A DNA stretch of 64,000 nucleotides from Octopus vulgaris (lineage: Eukaryota): the NCBI GenBank assembly GCA_951406725.2, contig OX597823.1:112344001-112408000 (forward strand). The letters are read 5' to 3'. Each line of letters opens with the position of its first letter. Within the stretch, counting starts at the first letter, position 1. Positions 54,071 to 64,000 of the stretch are shown one piece after another. The notes beneath the pieces are model-generated. The model did no database searches, had not been told where the DNA came from, and worked only from the letters and a program-made list of their open reading frames with translations. A program made the position numbers and the translations under genes.

Positions 54071-54261
54071 CAATTGAGGATAAAATCTTTAAAAGAAATT
54101 ATCAGTAGTTTTATTCCGAATAGACAATTTGTAACCGAAATGCATTGCGAATAAGCCCGCCATTTTCATAGATATGTAAAGATAAACATTCGGACATGCT
54201 ACGACGAATTCTACGGTTGGCTATCGAGCTTGTAATGTTATGTTTTTCTCTTATATTTCTT

Positions 54262-54340
54262 GAGTTTGTTGCACTGATGAACATAAAAATGCATATTCTG
54301 CATTTAAATGCGAAATCACATGTGATATGTAACTGAATTC
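54262..54340 (+). ncRNA. Type I hammerhead motif in TA-flanked element 54067-54457
   Basis: GUUGCA-CUGAUGA-ACAU..AAAUGCA/UGCAUUU..AUGC-GAA-AUCACAUGUGAU-A-UGUAAC. 12-nt palindromic stem III. The closing pair of stem II is an A-C mismatch. Confidence 0.82.
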
Positions 54341-54682
54341 TTTTTTAAAATGATGTGTTTTGAAGTTTTGCATTCGGTAAAATTTTGTTTATTTAGTAGT
54401 TTTGACCGCATTGGTCCCTCTTAGCGTGTTGGTATCTACGAATAGTAGTACCCTCAATATAATATATATATATATATATAAGTAGACAAATGAATTATCT
54501 TATTACGGATAATTCGAAAGATAACCGATACCTGGGTAGCAAACTCACAACAGAAAGGGCACGGTTGAAGTTACGACCATAGGGCATAAAATCCGTGCCT
54601 TAGTGCGGAAATTTGAAGTATCATATATTAAGTATAGGAAAGAATGGAGCTGAACAAAGATTTAACAAAATTCCTTTATTTT

Positions 54683-54768
54683 ATTTTCGACATATGTTTC
54701 GAAGTCTGCAAAGCCTCTAATTCCGAATGAATAAGGAGTCCATTATGCAGCTTTCTCTTCAGGAAAAT
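54683..54768 (-). ncRNA. Canonical type I hammerhead ribozyme (left arm)
   Basis: AUUUUC-CUGAAGA-G...long stem II...C-GAA-ACAUAUGU-C-GAAAAU, GUC triplet. Confidence 0.88.
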
Positions 54769-54901
54769 CCAGGAACTTAATTCTTTTCGACAACTGCTCA
54801 CGAGGAGCCCATAAAAATAATGATCCATTATTTTTATGGGCTCCTCGTGAGCAGTCGTCGAAAAGCTTGTTGTGCATTTTGTTGGAGAATTAAGTTCCTG
54901 G

Positions 54902-54987
54902 ATTTTCCTGAAGAGAAAGCTGCATAATGGACTCCTTATTCACTCGGAATTAGGGGCTTTGCAGACTTCGAAACATACGTCGAAAAT
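54902..54987 (+). ncRNA. Canonical type I hammerhead ribozyme (right arm)
   Basis: AUUUUC-CUGAAGA-GAAAGCUGCA...UGCAGACUUC-GAA-ACAUACGU-C-GAAAAU, GUC triplet, cut after 54981. Confidence 0.88.
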
Positions 54988-55041
54988 AAAATAAAGGAAT
55001 TTTGTTAAATCTTCGTTCAGCTCCATTCTTTCCTATACTTA

Positions 55042-55092
<51 letters not shown>

Positions 55093-55840
55093 ATACATAC
55101 AGCCATATATCCATGCACTGAGACATATAAATTCTTAGATTATTGAAATTTTTCATGCTTGTGATGTATTGACAGCCTCATGTACACACACATGCATGTG
55201 CATGCATGCAATCACACACATGCACACACAGACGCAGCAGTCTGTTATAAAACTTAAAAACAATCCAAAATTATACAGCGCCTCTTTAACGGAAGAACAT
55301 GAATTCAAGAATTTATTCAATAACTAATGTATTTCCCATTTTGTTGTTGTTCTCATTATTGATTTTTTTTTTCTTTTCTCCATTTCATTTTAGGATTTTA
55401 AATAATTTTTTTCCTGTTATTCCTTTACTTCTTTTTCCATTCTTACTTTTATTAATCTGCCCTCATCCGTTGCACTGGTGGAAATAAAAGACGATGTTGT
55501 TGTTGTTGGTGTTATTACATTTTTTTTCCTCTCTTCTCATTCCTTTGATTCAGTTTGTTGAAGATTTTAAAGTTGTTATTGTTGCTGTTGCTGGTGTTGC
55601 TGATGATGTCTTCATTGTTGTTGTTGTTGTTGTTGCTATCCTTGTTGTTGCTGTTGAAGTGTTTTTATATTATTCTTTATAATTGCATTCAAGTTCTCAC
55701 CATTTCATTGTTGTTTATAATGAGTAAACAGTGAGATTTTTGAGCATCCATCCTTGTTACATGTATTACATTATTATGTTCAAGTACATGACAATATAAA
55801 TGGTTGATATCATTGCCCATTAAAAAGCTGGCAATATGTC

Positions 55841-56449
55841 GGTTGCAGTGGTGAGGGTTGCTGGTATGAGGGTTGTAGCGATGAGGGTTGCAGTGATGAG
55901 GATTGCAGTGATGAGGGTTGCAGCAATGAAGGTTACAATGAGGAGTGTTGCAGGGATGAGTGTTGCAGGGATGAGGGTTGCAGGGATGAGGGTTGTAGTG
56001 ATGAGGGTTGCAGCAATGAGGTTTGCAGGGATGAGTGTTGCAGTGATGAGTTCTGCAGCAATGAGGGTTGCAGTGATGAGTTCTGCAGCGATGACAGTTG
56101 CTGCGATGACGGTTGCAGCGATGAGGGTTGCAGCAATGAGGGTTACAATGAGGAGTGTTGCAGTGATGAGGGTTGCAGCGATGAGGGTTGCAGGGATGAG
56201 GGTTGCAGCAATGAGGGTTGCAGGGATGAGGGTTGCAGCAATGAGGTTTGCAGCAATGAGGGTTACAATGAGGAGTGTTGCAGTGATGAGTGTTGCAGCG
56301 ATGAGTGTTGCAGTGATGAGGGTTGTAGCAATGAGAGTTGCAGCGATGAGGGTTGTAGCGATGAGGGTTGCAGCGATGAAGGTTACAATGAGGAGTGTTG
56401 CAGTGATGAGGGTTGCAGTGATGAGGGTTGCACATATGAGAGTTGCAGT
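55841..56449. repeat. 15-bp minisatellite (GATGAGGGTTGCAGY), about 40 units
   Basis: Direct reading, with a recurring variant ggttacaatgaggagtgttg. Confidence 0.95.
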
Positions 56450-59197
56450 TGATTTGAATGAAAGGAAATTAAATTGGAAGTTATTGAGCACTCCGCAGGC
56501 AAGTATAGTTCTCAGGGAGATTCAGTGTGACTCAGAATGTGACAAGGATAGCCCCATTTGAAATACAGCTACTACTTATTTTTACCAGCTGAGTAAGCTG
56601 GAGCAACATGAAATAAAATGCGTTGCTTAAGGGCACATAACACCATTGGGAATTGAACTCACAACTTCATGGATGATGTCTCAAATACCCTAACCACTAA
56701 GCCATGCACCTTCACATCATCACCCATAGTTACACACTTACACATAGATCACATGATCATGTGACCAACCAGGCTATCAGATATTGTTACACATCACTGG
56801 CCACAATGTGCTTTTGCATTATTTTAGCCTTCAAGCGACACCACTCTGCTGGTTAAGTGAGCAAGCCAACATTCTCCTGTGATTGAAAGGGGGACTTGAA
56901 CTATGTGAAATGAAGTGTTTTGCTCAAGAACACAATGTGCCGCCCAGTCAGGGAATCGAACCCACAATTTGGTGATCATGAGTGCAACAGACTAACCACT
57001 AGGCCACATGCCTTCACATGTATATATACACATTTATGCACATCTATGTACACACAAACACACAAGTGCCTGCTCACAATTTTTGAATGTGTGTGCATAT
57101 ATCACAGTATCACAGTATCAACCAGACCACCAGATGCTATAGTACACTGCTGGTCACAATGCACTTCCAATTCTGTCTTGAATTTTCTATTCTCTTCTAT
57201 CTTGGCCCAAATTACCCGACTAAATCATCTTCCCATCATTGTAAAAGCTTTCCAAGTGCCCCTTTGCACTCACTTGGATATTTCTCGGCACCTTGCATGG
57301 GTCTACTTGTTGCCTGTAAACCTTGCGACATGTCTAGCTTAATACAACTTGTGCTTTCAGTGTTCTGTGAGAACATAGTTCACACCAATCCATTTTTGAA
57401 TTATCTCATTTCAAATATGATTCCATAATAACAATCTAAGCACATGCGCGAGTGTGGGGTGGGGAGTGAGGTGAAAGAGAAAGTAAGAAAGAAGAAAGGA
57501 AGAAAAGAGTAGAGAAAAAAAGGGAAGATAAAATAAGAAGTAAGTAGAAAAATTGATAGAAATAAATAAAAGAAAAGAAAAAGAAGCAAGAGATGGAAAA
57601 GAGAAAAGAGGAGAAGTATAGAGAGAAAGGGAATAAATAAAATAAATAAAAAAGTACAGGATGGAAAGTGAAGAATGTAATACGACACTAGTGTCGAACA
57701 GTGAGAATTAACTGGAAAGATAGAATCATGATTGCAACCAAAATGAAATAGTCTGGACTAATAATGAAGGATGCATTTTCTCTCATTTATGCAAGCAGTG
57801 AATATCTCAGGTTTTGGATTTTGGTTTTGTCTGTGTATAAGTGAAATGTTTTGTACATTCTCAATAATCTCCATCTAATATCATAATCTACTTTATTTCT
57901 GTTTCAAAAGACATACTTGGTCTGTGTCAAGATGTTCCATATTGTATCTCCTGAATGAGGCAGTGTAATGAGCAGTCATTTCTCCACTATCTTAAATGTA
58001 GCCCATCAAATAGTGTGCATTATTTAGATCTTTCTTTCATCCTTTTGTTCCTTCGTTATCCCTGTTTAACGTTCTCAAGCTTTTACTCATATATCCCAAG
58101 TTACAATAATTATCAAAACAGGAGTCATAAAACATCAGGTCTGAACACTGAATTATTACACTTCTGCTAAAAATAAATTTTTCGCAACTCTGAAAAGAAT
58201 TTTGCTTTCAGACATGCACAGCAGGACTACCTGTAATTTCCTCCACACCTCCACATTTATAAGGTGTCCCGGATCTCTTCAAACACAATGAATAGCCACA
58301 AGTCATTACTTGTGAGAAATTGACAATATTTAATATTAACTTTGTATGATCATTACACACACACAGACAAACACACATACTTATGTATGCATGTATATGC
58401 ATACATACAAACAGACATACATAAATAGCCACATCTATATATAGGAGTGGCTGTGTGGTAAGTAGCTTGCTTACCAACCACATGGTCCTGGGTTCAGTCC
58501 CACTGCATGGCACCTTGGGCAAGTGTCTTCTACTATAGCCTCAGGCCGACCAAAGGCCTTGTGAGTGGATTTGGTAGACAGAAACTGAAAGAAGCCCGTC
58601 GTATATATGTATATATATATGTATGTGTCTATGTTTGTGTGTCTGTGTTTGTCCCCCTAGCATTACTTGACAACCGATACTGGTGTGTTTACGTCCCTGT
58701 CACTTAGCAGTTTCGGCAAAAGAGACCGATAGAATAAGTACTGGGCTTACAAAGAATAAATCCCGGGGTCGATTTGCTCGACTAAAGGCAGTGCTCTAGC
58801 ATGGCTGCAGTCAAAGGACTGAAACAAGTAAAAGAGTAAAGAGAGAGTATATGAGATAGAAATATACATATATAAAAATGTATATGTATTGTATATATAT
58901 TGTATAAATATGTACGTGCATTATGCATATGTGTATGAGTGTATATATATATATCAATGTTTCTGTATGTGTATAGACAAATATTTCAATTTTTCTGTTA
59001 GGAAACTTAAATGTTCAAGAATGTATTTATTTTCCAATCTTTTACTCCGGTTCCATTTCATTGATTTAGACATTTTTTTCCCTAAATTTTCAGTATTTTT
59101 GCTCCTGTTATTATTGACATATTTTCTTGTTTGTGTAATATAATAATAATAATAATAATATACATGTGTATATATCTATATATATATATATGTATAT

Positions 59198-59239
<42 letters not shown>

Positions 59240-59837
59240 ACACATACACACACATATATATACTTATATAAATATACATATACATAAATACACATATTCA
59301 CATAAAGAAATATACACATTTATATACATAGATATTTATAGATGCGTATGTGCATTTATATACTACATATATATATATATGTATATATATACATACATAC
59401 ACACACACATATCTATATATACATATCTATATATACATACATACATACATATGTATGTATATGTGTGTGTGTGTGTGTGTATTTACATATATATGCATAA
59501 ACCTCCACACGGACACACACATGCATATAAACGTATTCATATGTGTATATAAGTATATATATATTTTATGGTTTATCTCTGTCTTTCTGGTGATATCTTT
59601 GATGTTCGATATTTCGGTGGTGACAACAAAGAAGCGAAGACGGAGGAAGGTAATTTTAGTTTATTTTCTACTTTAGCTCATGTATTTATTTTTAATTCCG
59701 TTAAATTATCTTTTGACCAACTTGGCACAGAATTCCGTTTAATTTACGACACTTTGGCACAACACGTACTCTCTCTCCCTCTCCCTACCAACTTTCTATC
59801 TCTCACTAAATCAACACAAACTAAACATGAAGTAAGT

Positions 59838-59860
59838 AGATGATGATGGTGATGTTGATG

Positions 59861-59906
<46 letters not shown>

Positions 59907-60132
59907 GTAGTAGTAGTAGTAGGAGTAGTAGTAGTAGTAGCAGCAGTAGTAGTAGTAGCAGCAGTAGTAGTAGTAGTTGTAGTAGTAGTCATCATCGTTG
60001 TAGTAGCAGCAGCAGCAGTAGTAGTAGTTGTTGTTGTAGTAGCAGCAGCAGCAGTAGTAGTAGTAGTTGTTGTAGTGGTAGTAGTAGAAGCAACAGCAGT
60101 AGTAGTGGTAGTAGCAGTAGGAGCAGCAGTAT
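59838..60132. repeat. (TAG/CAG/TTG)n trinucleotide tract
   Basis: Direct reading. Confidence 0.93.
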
Positions 60133-60374
60133 AGGCTGTAGGAGTCACAAGAATAAATATAATAATTCTGATCTTTATGATAACAATGTTGTCATATTTT
60201 AACCACGAGTCGACTCTAATAGGGCAGAACTATGATCAAAGGTATTCCAACCATGACCATCCTATTTATTTAGAAATTACCTAAAACATCATCACACTAT
60301 ACATCGTTTTTTTTCTTTTAAGGGAATAGGATATGATTTGAGGTGAGATTTAAATGCTCTTTGCATTACCCTGA

Positions 60375-60377
60375 AGA

Positions 60378-60408
<31 letters not shown>

Positions 60409-60503
60409 AATGATGACAATAATTATGATGGTGAGGGTGATGATGATGATGATGATGATAATGATGATGATGATGGTGGTGATGATGATGAAGATGATGA
60501 TGG

Positions 60504-60548
<45 letters not shown>

Positions 60549-60715
60549 AGATGATGATGGTGATGATGATGATGATGATGATGATAATGATGACGATGAT
60601 GATGATGACGATGATGATGATGGCAATGATAATGATGACAATAATTATGATGGTGAGGTTGATGATGATGCTGATGATGATAATGATAATGATGATGATG
60701 GTGATGATGAGGACA
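60375..60715. repeat. (GAT)n tract
   Basis: Direct reading. Confidence 0.93.
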
Positions 60716-61306
60716 ACGAGGTCGGAGCAGGGAAATGATTTTGAAATGAGAAGAATGATGGAAAATTTTTGAATGTGAGATTGAAAAATGAGCGAAAGAG
60801 AGATTAATAGAGTGTCTGTAGGTTGTGTTTGTGAAGAGAAAATTAGAAAGAGGAAGAAAGAAAGAAACAGATAGAGAGTTGGCAAATGAAGAAGAACAAA
60901 GAAAAAGGGTAAAAAGAAAAAGAGAGAGAGTTAGAGAATGAAAAAGGGAGGGAGGAAAGAATTAAACAATTTCTTCTCTGTGAAAGACGTTGTAAGTTGC
61001 CAAAATAAATTATACTTTCTGTATTGTTGACTTTCATCACCATTCTTCTTCTTCTTCTTCTTCTTCTTCTTCTCCTCCTTCTCCTCCTCCTCCTCCTCAT
61101 CATCATCATCATTGTTATTGTGTATTATTAATATTATTATAGGCGTAGGAGTGGCTGTGTGGTAAGTAGCTTGCTTACGAACCACATGGTTCCGGGTTCA
61201 GTCCCACTGCATGGCACCTTGGGCAAGTGTCTTCTACTATAGCTTCGGGCTGACCAAAGCATTGTGAGTGAATTTGATAGACGGAAACTGAAAGAAGCCT
61301 GTTGTA

Positions 61307-61378
<72 letters not shown>

Positions 61379-61628
61379 TATGCATGTTCTTATGTTTGGG
61401 CGTCTGTGTTTGTCCCCCAATATCGCTTGACAACTGATGCTGGTGTGTTTACGTCCCCGTAACTTAGCAGTTCGGCAAAAGAGACTGATAGAATAAGTAC
61501 TAGGCTTACAAAGAATAAGTCCCGGGGTCGATTTGCTCAACTAAAGGTGGTGCTTCAGCATGGCCACAGTCAAATGACTGAAACAATAAAAGGGTAAAAA
61601 AAAAAAGAATATTATTTATTATTATTGC

Positions 61629-61669
<41 letters not shown>

Positions 61670-61889
61670 GTGGTGAGAAGCTGGTAGAGTTGTTAGAATG
61701 TTGCAAAAGTGTTTTCCGGTGTTGCTTCTAACTTTTCTCTTTCTGAGTTCAAATTCTACCATGGGAAACTTTACCTTTCATCCCTCAGAATTTGATAGAA
61801 TAAAATACTAGTTAACAGAATAAAAATAGTAAAGCTGGTGACATTGGATGCCATACCCCAACACCTCAAACTGCTGGCCTAATGACCAA

Positions 61890-61930
61890 ATCATCATCAT
61901 CATTATTATCATTGTTGTTATTATTATTGC

Positions 61931-61999
<69 letters not shown>

Positions 62000-62020
62000 C
62001 ATTGTTATTATTATTATTGC

Positions 62021-62083
<63 letters not shown>

Positions 62084-62212
62084 CATTGTTATTATTATCA
62101 TTGCTAATATTATTATTATTATTATTATTATTATTATCATCATTGTTATTATTATTATTGCTATTATTATTATTATTATTATTATTATCATCATTGTTAT
62201 TATTATTATTGC

Positions 62213-62278
<66 letters not shown>

Positions 62279-62280
62279 CA

Positions 62281-62371
<91 letters not shown>

Positions 62372-62379
62372 CATTATCA

Positions 62380-62440
<61 letters not shown>

Positions 62441-62448
62441 CATTATCA

Positions 62449-62488
<40 letters not shown>

Positions 62489-62512
62489 CATCATTGTTAT
62501 TATTATTATTGC

Positions 62513-62564
<52 letters not shown>

Positions 62565-62586
62565 TCATTGTTATTATTATTATTGC

Positions 62587-62631
<45 letters not shown>

Positions 62632-62639
62632 CATTATCA

Positions 62640-62688
<49 letters not shown>

Positions 62689-62696
62689 CATTATCA

Positions 62697-62745
<49 letters not shown>

Positions 62746-62753
62746 CATTATCA

Positions 62754-62835
<82 letters not shown>

Positions 62836-62846
62836 TATCATTATTA
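61890..62846. repeat. About 950-bp (ATT)n array with periodic atc/gtt/gct interruptions
   Basis: Direct reading. Confidence 0.97.
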
Positions 62847-63074
62847 GTGTTAATAAAACTTTGAGCTGGCAGAATCGTTAGCAAGCTGGATGAAACGCCT
62901 AGTGGTTTTTCACCCGTCATTATGTTTTGAGTTCAAATTCCACCAAGATCCACTTTCCCTTTCATCCTTTTGGGGTCGACAGATTAAGTACCAGTGAAAC
63001 ACTGAGGTCGATGTAATGGACTAATCTCCTCCCAACAAATTTCAGGATTTGTGCTTTCAGTAGAATGGACTTAG

Positions 63075-63146
<72 letters not shown>

Positions 63147-63195
63147 GTCATCATCATTATCATCATCGTCATTATCATCATCATCATCATCATCA

Positions 63196-63850
63196 AGCTA
63201 GTACATGCTAATTTAATTAGTGAGAGTGTTGTCTTGAGGTTTGGTGAAAACAAGTCTCCTCAAATCTCAATAAATTTTCTTAGCATGCTTGCAGAATATA
63301 GGATGATACTTTTCAATAAGTTGACAATGAATGTCTCAATTTCAATATCTTTCAGTCGCTTTTGTACCATTTTGGGTGTTGGGCCAAGTGCACCAGTCAC
63401 TTTAGGAACAATTATGCTGTTAATCTTCTACAGTCTTTTCAGCTCTCTAGCTAGATTCTGATGTTTCTCAATTTTTTCTCCATTTCTTTGGTATTTATTC
63501 CATTATCATAGGGAATTGCAAATTCTATGATCTTACACTGTTTATTTTTCTCTATATAATTATATCAGGTCTTCTTGCTTGAATTGTATGGGCACCATTT
63601 ATAGGGAGATCCTATCCGATAATTCTCATTTTCTATCAGCACCTGGTACATACTTATACTTACCTGTTATTTTGAAGCCACATATTCAACTAACATCTAA
63701 ATCACTCTTTTATCTACATAGTCATACCTGCACTTATACTCTTTTTATGTCAGCTTACTGCACTCACTTAAGAGACAATTGATAATTTCATCTCCTTTCC
63801 TGCAGATTCTACATTTGCTGTTTAATTGAGTTTTGTCGATTTTTATCATT
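63196..63850 (-). pseudogene. R4/Dong-like non-LTR retrotransposon 3' fragment
   Basis: Zinc-knuckle remnant KIDKTQLNSKCRICRKGDEIINCLLSECSKL and C-terminal GALGPTPKMVQKRLKDIEIETFIVNLLKSIILYSASMLRKFIE, flanked by (ATT/ATC)n. Confidence 0.8.
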
Positions 63851-64000
63851 ATTATAATTGTTATTTTTGTTGTTGTCATCGTTATCACCACCACCACCAC
63901 CACCATTATCATCATCATCACCATCATTATCATCATGCATTTCATGAGTATTATTGATTCTTGAAAAGTACACAAAATGTATTCATTTCTCTCTAAAGCC

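Larger units (their letters stand above)
54623..55047. repeat. 425-bp near-perfect palindrome (inverted pLTR-like pair)
   Basis: Arms are reverse complements with few mismatches, a 3-nt loop near 54824, and about 21 extra nt in the right arm (54866-54886). Confidence 0.95.

Noticed and set aside
57100-58300. Complex sequence possibly coding
   Set aside because: No sustained frame or recognisable motifs; most likely old LINE debris.
59568-59656. Possible exon ending at GAAG|GTAATT
   Set aside because: No convincing acceptor or recognisable peptide.

Overview
This is eukaryotic, AT-rich, microsatellite-saturated DNA with no confidently identifiable host gene. The SINE families and composition suggest an octopus (coleoid cephalopod) intron or intergenic region; this is inferred, not looked up. 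Nearly all listed ORFs are artefacts of simple repeats. The only long real reading frame is a 5'-truncated but uninterrupted Penelope-like retroelement (PLE; RT plus GIY-YIG, Neptune-type, 21513-23234, minus strand) inserted into the (TA)n core of a SINE. Also present are decayed PLE, R4/Dong-like and RTE LINE fragments, a pogo-type transposon, two mariners, a hAT MITE and dozens of SINEs. The main hidden signal is RNA. I found 14 type I hammerhead ribozyme motifs (about 7-8 sequence families), read by eye on both strands. Almost all lie in short elements that abut (TA)n tracts, and all have a palindromic or near-palindromic stem III. They include fully canonical copies (49287-49379, 54902-54987, 54683-54768), a recurrent A6U core variant tied to the PLE, a compensatory U3-A8 variant, a 425-bp palindrome with back-to-back ribozymes, and a cluster of five motifs in about 1.5 kb. 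Element boundaries are by eye and approximate, and nothing was folded or searched computationally.
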